Below are positions 37,803 to 47,533 of a stretch of 64,000 bases of DNA, piece after piece. The notes under the pieces were generated by a model. It was given only the letters and a program-made list of their open reading frames with translations. It had not been told where the DNA came from and did no database searches. Position numbers and translations under genes: made by a program. The stretch spans positions 13,486 to 77,485 of the forward strand of contig JAKFCT010000069.1 of the NCBI GenBank assembly GCA_036676495.1, read 5' to 3'. Origin of the DNA: Candidatus Sericytochromatia bacterium (GTDB lineage: Bacteria > Cyanobacteriota > Sericytochromatia > S15B-MN24 > UBA4093). Position 1 is the stretch's first letter. Each line of letters opens with the position of its first letter.

Positions 37803-40177
37803 TACGGGTTTGCCTCACTCTCAGGAGCCATCTGGGACGGCAGCAGCCATACCCCGGTCCGTGTCCACGGCGTCAGCCGCTGCATGCTCGCTCTCAGCTC
37901 GCCGTCCAGCCCGGTGAACAGGCCGGCCAGCGGGTCGCGCTCGGGCAAGAAGACCATCCGGACCTCGCGATCGCCCAGGCCCGCCTTCTCGCGCGCTTCC
38001 TTCAGGGCCTCCGAAAGGCCCCCAATCTTGTCGACAAGCCCCAGGCGCTGGGCTTCCGCCCCGGTGTACACCCGGCCGCTGGCCATCTCGCGCACCTGGC
38101 CCTCCGAGAGGCCCCGCTGACGCGATACCAGCCCCACGAACCGGCCGTAGAAGAACTCCCCGGAGTTGCGAAGCTGCTCTTCCTCCTTGGGGGTGTAGCC
38201 CTGCCATGGAGACATGTAGGTCGCCATGTCCCCGCGCTTCAAGGTCTCGCGGGTGATGCCCCAGCGGCTCAGCAAGGGCTCGATGCTGAACTTGCCCATG
38301 ACCACCCCGATGGAGCCGGTGATGGTCCCGGGATCCGCGTAAAGGGTGACTCCGGGCAGCATCGAGATCCAGTAGCCCCCCGACGCCGCCACGTCGCCCA
38401 TGGAGACGACGACGGGCTTCTTGGCGGCCAGCAGCTCGGCTTCACGGCGGATCACCTCGGAGGCGATCGCCGATCCTCCCGGCGAGTCCACCCTCAGGAC
38501 CACGGCTTTGATCCCGGAGTCCTCTCGCGCCTGGCGCAGGGCACGGACCATGGTCTCGGCTCCCATCGACGCCCCGGAAAGCAGGTCGTTGCCCGACTCC
38601 CCTTCGTTGATGCCGCCCGCCGCATGGATGATGGCCACCGACGGGGGAGCCCAGGCGCCGGACTGGTAGCGAAGGGCATCGGCCCGAACCCCGCTCATCG
38701 AGCGATCCAGCCCCTTCTCCAGCTCCTTGGAGACCTCATCGCGGCTCATCAAGGCGTCCACCAGCTTCAGTTGCTGGGCCTCCGGCGCATCGAGAAGGCC
38801 TTCCTCGTTGATGATCCGCGTGACCTCGGCGACGGGCAGGTTCCGGCCCTCGGCGATGCCCGCGACCATGCGATTGTACTGGTCGTCCAGGAGCGCGGTC
38901 TGCTGCTCGCGGTTGGCTTCCGAGAGGTTCTTGCGGGTGAAGGGCTCGGGCATGGACTTGTAGCGGCCGATGGCGATGAAGTGGGGCCGCACGCCGAGCT
39001 GATCGAAGAGCCCCTTGAAGAAGGTGAACTCGCGGGAGAGGCCGACCAGTTCCAGGCTACCGACCGGGTTGAGGGCGATCTTGTCGGCGACGGAGGCCAG
39101 GTAGTATTCCTTGGCTCCGGCGGATTCGGTGTAGGCCCAGAGGGTCTTGCCCTTGGCCTTGAAGCGCGCGAGGGCGGCGCGGACTTCCTCCACCGAGGCC
39201 CAGCCGGCTTGAATGCCGTCGATCTTGAGGATCAGCGCGCCGATTCGCGGATCGGTCTCGGCGGCCTCGATGGCCCGCAGGGTGCCGTAGATTGGCGGCA
39301 CGTCGGCCCTGGGGCCGATGAGGCCCAGGCGACCCTGCACGTCGGAGAGGTTGCCCTTCAGATCCAGGGTGGCCCACTGGGCGCCTTGCCGCGCGAAGCG
39401 GGTGCTCTGGCGCAGCGAGCTGAAGCGCAGGTGGGCGGCGTTGGCGGTGCCGTTGCTCATGCCGCCGAGGCCCCAGTGAGTGAAGTTCAGGCCGAGCCCC
39501 GCGCGGAACTCACCGGCGGGGGTGTAGGTCGCGCGCAGGTTGAGGCCGGGAACCACCTGGACGTCGGCGCCGAAGAGGGTCTGCACCGCGCTGAGGGGGG
39601 CGCCTTCGGGGAAGACGCCGTCGATGCTGAGGGTGCCGACGGGGCCGAACGGGCGGAAAGCGGCTCCGAGCTGGTATTCGCGGGGCGTGAGGGCTCCGGT
39701 GGCGGCGAAGGCGTTGCGCGCCACGGCTCCCATGGCCAGGTAGTTCTGGGGGCGGTAGAGCAAGCCGACGTCAGTTTGCCAGGGCCGGCTTTCGGAGGGC
39801 AGGTGATAGGTCATCCCGAAATGGAAGCCGCCTCCCAGGGGGGCTCCCAAGCCGGTGAGCAGGTCGTTGTAGTCATTTCCAGCCTGCACTCCCCCGTGAT
39901 AACCGAAGGCCAGGCCCCCTGAAGCGATCATGGCCCAGGTATTGCCCGTGGCCCAACCTTCTCGAGCGGCGAGCAAGGAGACGCCCTGGTGGGCTCCGAG
40001 GCCTGCGGGGTTCAAGGCGAGGGCGCTGGTGTCGTCATGGAGTGCGACGGAAGGGATGAGTCCCAGGTCTTGGGGGGGAAGGGCCCAAGCGGGGTTGGCG
40101 ACGGTCGCGCCGAGCAGCGAGGCGGTGAGAAGCGCGAGGGGGCGGCGAGGGTCGGCAGCGAGGTTGAAGCGAGTCAT
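37802..40177 (-). CDS. sppA: Signal peptide peptidase SppA with a long N-terminal beta-rich extension
   Basis: GRYKSMPE, LRVDSPGGS, SMGDVAASGGY, TITGSIGV, GLVDKIGGL. Confidence 0.88.
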   Translation of the reverse strand: MTRFNLAADPRRPLALLTASLLGATVANPAWALPPQDLGLIPSVALHDDTSALALNPAGLGAHQGVSLLAAREGWATGNTWAMIASGGLAFGYHGGVQAGNDYNDLLTGLGAPLGGGFHFGMTYHLPSESRPWQTDVGLLYRPQNYLAMGAVARNAFAATGALTPREYQLGAAFRPFGPVGTLSIDGVFPEGAPLSAVQTLFGADVQVVPGLNLRATYTPAGEFRAGLGLNFTHWGLGGMSNGTANAAHLRFSSLRQSTRFARQGAQWATLDLKGNLSDVQGRLGLIGPRADVPPIYGTLRAIEAAETDPRIGALILKIDGIQAGWASVEEVRAALARFKAKGKTLWAYTESAGAKEYYLASVADKIALNPVGSLELVGLSREFTFFKGLFDQLGVRPHFIAIGRYKSMPEPFTRKNLSEANREQQTALLDDQYNRMVAGIAEGRNLPVAEVTRIINEEGLLDAPEAQQLKLVDALMSRDEVSKELEKGLDRSMSGVRADALRYQSGAWAPPSVAIIHAAGGINEGESGNDLLSGASMGAETMVRALRQAREDSGIKAVVLRVDSPGGSAIASEVIRREAELLAAKKPVVVSMGDVAASGGYWISMLPGVTLYADPGTITGSIGVVMGKFSIEPLLSRWGITRETLKRGDMATYMSPWQGYTPKEEEQLRNSGEFFYGRFVGLVSRQRGLSEGQVREMASGRVYTGAEAQRLGLVDKIGGLSEALKEAREKAGLGDREVRMVFLPERDPLAGLFTGLDGELRASMQRLTPWTRTGVWLLPSQMAPESEANP

Positions 40178-40257
40178 GGGGGCCCTCCTTGTCGTGAAGG
40201 CCCCATGATACCCCCCGCTCGATTGGTTGGCAAAAGGGGGCGCCGGGGGCTTTCCCG

Positions 40258-40461
40258 TCAGGCGACCGGAAAGCCCGCTTCGGCCAAACGCTGGCGCACG
40301 GCGGTTTCCGAGGCCCGGCTGGGGTCGAGATCGAGCGCCACGCGTTTCTGGTCGATGTCGACCCGCACGTCCGAGATGCCATCCATGCTGCCCAGGGACT
40401 CCTGGATGGTCTCGGCGCAGCCGCCGCACTTGATCTTGGGGACGTCGAGGGTCAGATGCAT
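40258..40461 (-). CDS. Heavy-metal chaperone (HMA, CopZ-like)
   Basis: IKCGGC...AGF. Confidence 0.85.
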   Translation of the reverse strand: MHLTLDVPKIKCGGCAETIQESLGSMDGISDVRVDIDQKRVALDLDPSRASETAVRQRLAEAGFPVA

Positions 40462-40549
40462 CGAACTCTCCTTTTTGAGCCGCAGGCGCTCTTGAGCCGC
40501 AGGCGCGGTCCGGGCCGGACGCGCGCGACGGAGCGCGTCCGAAACGGGG

Positions 40550-41785
40550 TTAGCGGGTGGCGGGGAGCGCCTGGGGGGACGTGACCATCAAGGTATGGGT
40601 CTGGGGATTCCAGGCGACCACGGAGCGGCCTTCCAGGACGGCCAGGAGGTCGTTGCCGACCAGCGACCCGCGCCAGCCGCTCAGGACGGGCAGGTCCTGG
40701 CAGGGCTCGCCGCGCCGGAAGGCATCGGCCAGGCGCTGCAGCTCGCCGTTGGTCGCGAGCATGGAGGCGGCGACCGCTTCGCGGGCGGCCACCGAGTGGA
40801 CGACGGCCTGGAGCAAGTCGGTCAGGGCCAGGGTTTGCTCGTCGGGAGCGGGCATCGACGGCTCGGGCGTCGGGTAATCGGCGCGCGGCAGGGCGAGCGC
40901 CTTGGCGACGGCGCTGACGAGGTCGTTGCCGCAGCGATCCAGGTCGCGGGGCTGGATGCCGCGGAGGTTCTTGAGCTGGCCGGGGTTGCGGGGGCGGCGG
41001 CGCGCGATCTCGACGAGCAGCTCGTCCTTGAGGACCGAGCCTCGGGGCCGGTCGCGCCGCTGGGCCTCAAATTCACGCCATTCGGCCAGCTCCCGCAGGA
41101 TGGCGAGCTGCTGGGCATCGAGGCTGCCGCGCCCCTTCACGCGCAGGAAGCAGGTCCGGGGGTCGGTGCGCAGCCCCAGCGTGGACGCGATGTTGTCCTG
41201 AAGCGCCTCCGCTTCCTGGAAGGCCCATTCGAGCCGCCCGCGCTGCGAGAGTTCATGGCGGAGGCGATCGTAGACGGCGAGCAGGTAGCGCACGTCGTCC
41301 ATGGCATAGTCGAGCTGGGCGGGCGTCAGGGGGCGAATCGACCAGTCGGTCATGGATTCGCCCTTGGCCAGGCGGAAGCCCTGGGTGGCCTCGACCAGGG
41401 CGCCATAGCTTTGCTTGGCGCCGAAGCCGACGAGGCCCGCGGCGATCTGGGTGTCGAAGACGGGCTCGATGCGCTCGCCGGTCAAGCCGAGCAGGATCTC
41501 GAGGTCCTGATCCGCCGCGTGGAAGACCTTGAGGATCTTCGGGTTGGTGAGGATCGCCCGGAACGGATCGTCCGAGCGGCCGGCGAGCTTGGCGGTGTCG
41601 ATGACGGCGACCAGTCCCTCGGGCGTGGCGACCTGGATTAGCTCCAGCTTCGGGGCGTACGAGCGCTCGCGAATGAACTCGGTGTCGATGGCCAGGCGAT
41701 CGCAAGTCATCAGGATCGCGCAGAGCGCGTCAAGCTCCTCGGGGGTATCGACGTAGCGGGTGGGGGCGGCGGGGGATTGCGTCAT
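40550..41785 (-). CDS. rnd: Ribonuclease D
   Basis: IDTEF, HAADQD, DTQIAA, TDWS.RPL, YA.DDV, HRDC domain. Confidence 0.93.
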   Translation of the reverse strand: MTQSPAAPTRYVDTPEELDALCAILMTCDRLAIDTEFIRERSYAPKLELIQVATPEGLVAVIDTAKLAGRSDDPFRAILTNPKILKVFHAADQDLEILLGLTGERIEPVFDTQIAAGLVGFGAKQSYGALVEATQGFRLAKGESMTDWSIRPLTPAQLDYAMDDVRYLLAVYDRLRHELSQRGRLEWAFQEAEALQDNIASTLGLRTDPRTCFLRVKGRGSLDAQQLAILRELAEWREFEAQRRDRPRGSVLKDELLVEIARRRPRNPGQLKNLRGIQPRDLDRCGNDLVSAVAKALALPRADYPTPEPSMPAPDEQTLALTDLLQAVVHSVAAREAVAASMLATNGELQRLADAFRRGEPCQDLPVLSGWRGSLVGNDLLAVLEGRSVVAWNPQTHTLMVTSPQALPATR

Positions 41786-42173
41786 GACCTCTCCTTTGAT
41801 GGTGTGTCTCCAGCTTACCACGACCGGTTCGGGGTCACGACGGCGATGCCTGCCGGCGAGGGGACGTTCGAGCGGCAAAGGATCCGTAGTAACTACTCAG
41901 GTGGGCGGCAAAAGTTTGTTCTACGATAGGCCATGGAAATCCAGCATCGTTATTGTGTTAGGATTTCGTGAGGAACGTGAGGCTGTCGTCACGGTTTGCG
42001 TATGCGCCAGGACAGGCCGCTCGCCTTCGCCGTCAGGACCGGGCTCGGGTCATGCGAGCCCTTGGCGCCTGCGGGGTTTCCATCAAGCAACGCGTGATCG
42101 CGACGCGCCCGAAGTGGCAGCGTTGATTGGGCATGCTGGAAATCCGCATGCGATAAAGGCACGGTAGGAAACG

Positions 42174-42872
42174 ATGAAGCAGAAGCCCCCCGCGCGGACC
42201 CTTCAGGGAGCCGAGACGTTCGTGGAGATGCTGGAGGTCTACAGCGTCTGCGTCAAGATCGGCCGTTGCTCCGAGGAGTTGCTCAATTACCTGATCGATA
42301 TGGAACTGGTGGCCTTGAACGCCGAGATCGCCTCGGCCCATGCGCGTCAGAACCAGGAGGCCTTCAGCGTCTTGTCGAGCGAGGCCGGGTTGGTCGCGAA
42401 GCGCATGAGCGCGGCGATCGCCCAGATCACGGCCCGGGCCGACGAGCTCTCCAAGAACTCGCTCAACGGCATCATCCAGGCACGCCTCAGCCATAAGCTG
42501 CTCGAGGTCCCGAGCCGCGGCAAGTCGGAGTTCCTGCCCGGCAGCCGCAAGGTCCTCGAATCGGGCATCCTCCGCTCCGAGGATCTGGTCAAACGGACGG
42601 CCATCTTCATCGACGAGGTCTTCTCCGACATCAACAGCGTGTTGACCCAGATCCTCCGCGAGAACAAGCGCTTCGAGACCATCGCCACCTACTTCAGCAT
42701 CGAAGCCAGCCGCGATCCCGAAAGCCAAGCCTACTTCTCCAACATCGCCCAGATGCTGAGAGGCATTTGCACCCAGACCCGGACCTGCATCCAGAACATG
42801 GGCGCCCAGGCCGACGAGTCCAGCCTCACGGCGCTCATCCACCGGGAGCCCTTCTCCTGGGACGCGGCCTGA
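42174..42872 (+). CDS. Soluble chemoreceptor-like protein with two degenerate MCP hairpin tips
   Basis: LVALNAEIASAHA....AFSVLS and IATYFSIEASR....YFSNIA. Confidence 0.65.
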   Translation: MKQKPPARTLQGAETFVEMLEVYSVCVKIGRCSEELLNYLIDMELVALNAEIASAHARQNQEAFSVLSSEAGLVAKRMSAAIAQITARADELSKNSLNGIIQARLSHKLLEVPSRGKSEFLPGSRKVLESGILRSEDLVKRTAIFIDEVFSDINSVLTQILRENKRFETIATYFSIEASRDPESQAYFSNIAQMLRGICTQTRTCIQNMGAQADESSLTALIHREPFSWDAA

Positions 42873-42919
42873 GCCGCGACCCCCCGCTCGCCTTCACGAC
42901 CGCACCGAAAGGGAAACGC

Positions 42920-43687
42920 ATGATCTCCAGGACGCTCTTCGACGACGGAACCCATCGCTGGATCGTCTTGGCACGCGATCCCGAGCGGCAGGACTCCGTC
43001 ATCGACACCAACGAATACTTGATCGTGAGCAACGGGGATGCCATCCTGCTCGATCCGGGAGGCACGGAGATCTTTCCCGCGGTCCTGCGCACGGTGGCCA
43101 AGCTGATCGAGCTCGATCAGCTCCGGGGCTTCTTCGCGAGCCACCAGGATCCCGACATCATGTCGTCATTGCCCCTGTGGATGGGGCTTTGCGCCGATGC
43201 GAAGACCTACATGCCCTGGATCTGGGAAGGGTTCATCGCGCATTTCGGGGTCGAGTACGTCGAGCGCTTCGTCACGCTCCCCGATGAGGGAGGGGCGGTC
43301 CCGATCGGCACCCGGGGACGGGCCCTGACGGCCGTGCCGGCCCATTACTGCCATGCGTCCGGGAACTTCTCGGTCTACGACCCGCATGCCAAGATTCTCT
43401 TCAGCGGAGACATCGGCGCGGCCTTGTTGCCCCCCGACCAGAACACGCTCTTCGTGGAGGACTTCGACCGGCACATCGCCTTCATGCGCGGGTTCCACCA
43501 GCGCTGGATGCCTTCCAACGAGGCCAAGAACCGCTGGGTCCGCCGCGTCCGCAAGCTGGACGTCCAGATGCTCTGCCCGCAGCATGGCGCGATCTTCCAG
43601 GGCGAGCAGGTCGGCCAGTTCCTGGATTGGTTCGAGGCGCTAGAAGTCGGACTCGACGGCGTTCAGGCCGGGGCTGCTTCGGCCTAA
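42920..43687 (+). CDS. Oxygen-binding di-iron protein (ODP, MBL fold)
   Basis: IDTNEYLI, DPGG, SHQDPD, PAHYCH, FSGDIG, FH.RWMPSN, PQHG. Confidence 0.85.
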   Translation: MISRTLFDDGTHRWIVLARDPERQDSVIDTNEYLIVSNGDAILLDPGGTEIFPAVLRTVAKLIELDQLRGFFASHQDPDIMSSLPLWMGLCADAKTYMPWIWEGFIAHFGVEYVERFVTLPDEGGAVPIGTRGRALTAVPAHYCHASGNFSVYDPHAKILFSGDIGAALLPPDQNTLFVEDFDRHIAFMRGFHQRWMPSNEAKNRWVRRVRKLDVQMLCPQHGAIFQGEQVGQFLDWFEALEVGLDGVQAGAASA

Positions 43688-43709
43688 ACGTCTGCGGCGT
43701 GACCTCCCG

Positions 43710-44486
43710 TTACCGGGAGGTTTCCGCCGGCTGCTTGGGGACCAGCCGCTTCGATTCGGGCGGGATGACGTCGCCCAGGAGGTGGCGGATGGCCTCGGAG
43801 GCGGCGAAGAACCCGAACGTGCCCGGCATGTAGCTGATGGTCCCGTTGATGGTCTTCTGGACGCCGGCTCCGGGGACGAATTCCCGCGGGATATGGGGCA
43901 TGGGCCGTTCCTCGGAGAAGACGGCCCGGACGCCCTTCTGGATGCCGTTCTTGCGGGCGAGCTTGCGCATGGCCAGCGCCATCGGACAAGAATGGGTCTC
44001 GTAAAGATCCGCGACCTTCACCTTGCCCGGATCGAGCCGCCCGCCGGCTCCCATGCTCGACACCACGAAGATCCCCCGCTCCTGGGCGGCCTTGATCAGG
44101 CCGACCTTGGAGGTCAGGGCGTCGATGCAGTCGATCACCACGTCGATCCCGTCTTCCAGCACGTCGGCGGCATCGGAGGGCGAGAGGCGCTGCCGAAGCA
44201 GGCGTAGCGCGACGTTCGGGTTGATGTCCCGCAGGCGCTCGGCCATGACGTCGACCTTGGGCTGGCCGATCGTGGAGGTCAGGGCGACCACCTGCCGGTT
44301 GGTGTTGGACGGGTCGACGACGTCGAAGTCGATCACGGTGATCCGGCCGATGCCGGCGCGCCCCAGGGCCTCGAGGCAGGACCCGCCCACCCCTCCGGCG
44401 CCCGCGACGAGCACGTGGGCGCCGCCGAGGCGCGTGAGGCCTTCATCTCCGGTGAGCAGACGGGTGCGAACCTTGTAACCTTCCAT
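43710..44486 (-). CDS. tcdA: tRNA threonylcarbamoyladenosine dehydratase (ThiF family)
   Basis: GAGGVG, DFD...SN.NRQ, SSMGAGG..DP, VFSEE, GTISYMP. Confidence 0.88.
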   Translation of the reverse strand: MEGYKVRTRLLTGDEGLTRLGGAHVLVAGAGGVGGSCLEALGRAGIGRITVIDFDVVDPSNTNRQVVALTSTIGQPKVDVMAERLRDINPNVALRLLRQRLSPSDAADVLEDGIDVVIDCIDALTSKVGLIKAAQERGIFVVSSMGAGGRLDPGKVKVADLYETHSCPMALAMRKLARKNGIQKGVRAVFSEERPMPHIPREFVPGAGVQKTINGTISYMPGTFGFFAASEAIRHLLGDVIPPESKRLVPKQPAETSR

Positions 44487-44516
44487 GGGATCCTTTTCTC
44501 TTGACTCAGGGCGGGG

Positions 44517-45269
44517 CTAATGAAGGGGGATGCGGAAGAGCGCGGCTCCGGCGGCATTCGAGGCGGCCAGCACCTCCTCGGTGGGATTGCCGCGCAGCGC
44601 CGCCACGGCGCCGGCGATCCCGACGAGCTCGGCGGGCTCGTTGCGCTGCCCCTGCAGCCAGCTCGGAGAGAGGTCGGGGGCGTCGGTCTCCAGGATCATG
44701 CCCTCCGCGGGGCACGCCCTAATTGTCTCATGAAGGCGCTTTGCCGTGGGCCACGTCCCGATTCCTCCGATGCCCAGGGCGATCCCGCGATCGAGGTAGC
44801 GCTTGGCGAGGGGCCATGGGCCGGCGAAGGCGTGGACGACGCCACGCAGGGAGGGGCGGGACTTGAGGGCCGCGAGGACCTCCTCGTGGGCATGGACGAC
44901 GTGCAGGATGACCGGGAGGTCATGCGCGACGGCGAGGTCCAGCTGGGCGTCCAGGAGGTCGAGGTCGCCGGGGGTTCGGTGGCGCTTGTCGAGGCCGCAT
45001 TCCCCGAGGGCCACGAGCGCGCCGTTCGAGAGGGCCTCTTCGAGCAGGGAAAGGGCCTCGGGAGGGTGGGCCATGGCGGGGTGCAAGCCGCCCGCCCGGT
45101 ACAGGGTCATGCCGGGCAGGGCAGGCAGGGGACGGGCGAGCTCGCGGGGCGAGACCCCGGGGACGATGGCCGCCGTGACTCCGGCGGCCGCCGCGCGCTG
45201 GGCGATCGCCGGAAGATCCCCGGCGAAGCGGGGATCGTCGAGGTGGCAGTGGGAGTCGAGGTGCCCCAC
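44517..45269 (-). CDS. tatD: Second TatD family DNase
   Basis: DSHCHLD, GLHP, GECGLD, LETDAPD, RNEP. Confidence 0.88.
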   Translation of the reverse strand: MGHLDSHCHLDDPRFAGDLPAIAQRAAAAGVTAAIVPGVSPRELARPLPALPGMTLYRAGGLHPAMAHPPEALSLLEEALSNGALVALGECGLDKRHRTPGDLDLLDAQLDLAVAHDLPVILHVVHAHEEVLAALKSRPSLRGVVHAFAGPWPLAKRYLDRGIALGIGGIGTWPTAKRLHETIRACPAEGMILETDAPDLSPSWLQGQRNEPAELVGIAGAVAALRGNPTEEVLAASNAAGAALFRIPLH

Positions 45270-45289
45270 GGGAGCGCGCCGCCGGGGGG

Positions 45290-45868
45290 CTAGCGGATCA
45301 GGCTGAGGAACTCGCTGCGGGCGTGGGGATCGCGCATGGCGCCTTCGTAGGCGGAGGTCACCATGGAGGCCCCTTCCTTCTTGACCCCGCGGCAGACCAT
45401 GCAGCCGTGGGCGGCCTCGATGACGACGGCGGCGCCGCGAGGCTGGAGGTGGTCCATCAGGGCCTGGACGACCTGGCGGGTGAGGCGCTCCTGGATCTGG
45501 AGGCGGCGCGCGAAGCAATCCACCAGCCGGGCAAGCTTGCTGAGGCCCACGACCTTCCGGCTGGGCAGGTAAGCGACGTGCGCTTTGCCGTCGAAGGGCA
45601 GCATGTGGTGCTCACAGGTGGAGTGGAAGGGGATGTCCTTGAGGAGGACCATCTCCTCGTAGCCTTCGACCTCCTCGAAGGTGGTGGCAAGAATGGCTTC
45701 GGGGTTCTGCTGGTAGCCCGCGAAGATCTCGGCCCAGGCGCGGATCACCCGGTCCGGGGTCTCGAGCAGCCCTTCTCGGTCGGGGTCTTCGCCGATGGTC
45801 TTGAGGATGGTCCGCAGAGCCAGCTTGACCTCTTCGAGCTGGGGAGGGATCGGGGTGGAAGTCGCCAT
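45290..45868 (-). CDS. folE: GTP cyclohydrolase I
   Basis: [41 protein letters not shown]. Confidence 0.95.
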   Translation of the reverse strand: MATSTPIPPQLEEVKLALRTILKTIGEDPDREGLLETPDRVIRAWAEIFAGYQQNPEAILATTFEEVEGYEEMVLLKDIPFHSTCEHHMLPFDGKAHVAYLPSRKVVGLSKLARLVDCFARRLQIQERLTRQVVQALMDHLQPRGAAVVIEAAHGCMVCRGVKKEGASMVTSAYEGAMRDPHARSEFLSLIR

Positions 45869-46147
45869 CGTTATCATTCTCCTGGGCGGGGGCCGGAGCC
45901 GCCGTGATCGAGGCCCCGGAGGGACTCGGGTCGAACGCTGCGGCGGCATGCTTGCTCGTCGATGCCGCTCGATCCCAAACAGGATACCGCATGCGGCCGC
46001 CTCTGTCAGCGTCGTGGCGCATGGTTTCCCGCTAGACAGGCGGAAAGACGGGCCCGGATCGGGGCGTGCGGCCTGAGCTTGCCGGAGAAAGGGCGAGTTG
46101 CCTTGCGCTCGACGGCAGGCGAGCCCAAGGCAACCGGTCGGTGGAAA

Positions 46148-46600
46148 TCAGGCGCTGACGCGCTTGGTCATGCGGAGCTGGTTCTGCTCTCCGGGGCGGA
46201 TATCCCAGCTGACCTCGTCCATGAGGGACTGCATGAAGAAGATCCCCATGCCTCCGCGCTGCCCCTCGATGACCATGCGTTCGATGTCCGGCCGGGGGAC
46301 GCGCCCCTTGGGAGGCTCGAACGGTTCGCCCCAGTCGGTGAGGCAGACCTCGAAGCGGTCCGCCTGGGCATTGACCGCGATGTCGATGCGGCCCTGGTCG
46401 GGCGGGGTGTTGCGGTAGGCATGTTTGACGACGTTGGCGCAGGCCTCGACGATGGCCAGCTCGATGTCCCCGAGGGGGACGTTGGAGAAGCCGGCGTCGA
46501 TCGCGGCGCGGCGCACGAACTGGTGCATGTGGAACAGGTTCGCGAGATTGTTGGTGAAGGTCGCCTGGGCACTGAGTTGCTTGGACGTGAGCGAGGCCAT
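46148..46600 (-). CDS. Anti-sigma factor Ser/Thr kinase (RsbW-like)
   Basis: ELAIVEACANVVKHAY, D.G.PF, GGMGIF.MQSLMDEV. Confidence 0.9.
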   Translation of the reverse strand: MASLTSKQLSAQATFTNNLANLFHMHQFVRRAAIDAGFSNVPLGDIELAIVEACANVVKHAYRNTPPDQGRIDIAVNAQADRFEVCLTDWGEPFEPPKGRVPRPDIERMVIEGQRGGMGIFFMQSLMDEVSWDIRPGEQNQLRMTKRVSA

Positions 46601-46616
46601 CGATCCTCCTTGTTTG

Positions 46617-46976
46617 CTAGTTGGCCGGCACGGCGCGATAGGAGGCGATGGCGTCGCGGGTGCTGGGGAACGTCTGGAAGAAGCCCGCGAAGGCCAGCGT
46701 CAGGACGCGTTGTAGGGACGGATTGAGGTTGGCGATGCGCAGGTCGCCGTTCCGCTCGCGGAGATCGGCGGTCAGCGAGAGGATGGCGCCGAAGCCGATG
46801 CTGGAGATATGGATGGCCTCCGCGGCGTCGAGCACGACCTGGGGCGACTCCCCGGGCAGCGCGTCGACGATCTCCTCGAACCCGCGAACGGTTTGATCGT
46901 TGAGGAAGCCGGAGAGATGGAGGATGGTGACCTGATCCTCGTGCAGGGGGGTGCAGATGAGGGTGTAACTGTCCAT
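46617..46976 (-). CDS. STAS anti-sigma antagonist (RsbV-like)
   Basis: L.G.L, VVLD, ISSIGFG.IL. Confidence 0.85.
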   Translation of the reverse strand: MDSYTLICTPLHEDQVTILHLSGFLNDQTVRGFEEIVDALPGESPQVVLDAAEAIHISSIGFGAILSLTADLRERNGDLRIANLNPSLQRVLTLAFAGFFQTFPSTRDAIASYRAVPAN

Positions 46977-47159
46977 AGGGGTCCTTTCCCGGATGAAGGG
47001 GGGAGCCGTTTCTCCATGTAAGCGAAGGGATGTTGCCGGGAGATTGAGCGGGGGTAAGGAGAGCATCAAGCCTGCGAGAAGGGGGTGATTCTGCTTTACA
47101 AGCCTTTGTAAAGTGATACAATCCTTGCGGATGGCTCGATCGTTCTTAAGGAGAAGACC

Positions 47160-47453
47160 ATGGCCCAGGACCAAAGGACCCAAGCGGGAATCGCGACGTG
47201 GCAGGCCTATTACTCCACGCTGATGGAGCAGGAGGGCGTTGAACGGCTTCGCCGGGTCAAGAGCCGGCTCTACGAAAAACTGGAGTCCATCAACGAGGAG
47301 ATCGAGTCCTTGGAGGAGGATCGCGAGCGGATCTTTGGCCGTCACCCCGAGATCTCGCCCTTCATCGAGCAAGAGGTGGACGGGCTGATCACGACGGGGC
47401 GCGAGGTGAGCATCCGTCTGGAAACGGTGATCGGGCTCCTCGGCGAGGAGTAG
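47160..47453 (+). CDS. Small coiled-coil hypothetical protein
   Basis: AAGGAG RBS; followed by a bidirectional hairpin at ~47480-47529. Confidence 0.65.
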   Translation: MAQDQRTQAGIATWQAYYSTLMEQEGVERLRRVKSRLYEKLESINEEIESLEEDRERIFGRHPEISPFIEQEVDGLITTGREVSIRLETVIGLLGEE

Positions 47454-47533
47454 CGAGACGCTGGTTCGGCAGCCCCCATAAAAACCCGAGAGCCGGTGGC
47501 GCCAACGCGCCACCGGCTCTCGGGGTTTGGGAT

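Noticed and set aside
41790-42170. Possible riboswitch/ncRNA in the long rnd-chemoreceptor intergenic region
   Set aside because: GGCAAA motifs are present but no convincing c-di-GMP or other known fold could be built by eye. An Rfam scan is needed.
43710-45868. folE-tatD-ThiF cluster as a Qat/Dpd-type 7-deazaguanine defence system
   Set aside because: No QueC/QueD/QueE, DpdA or ATPase is present. The ThiF protein looks like ordinary TcdA.
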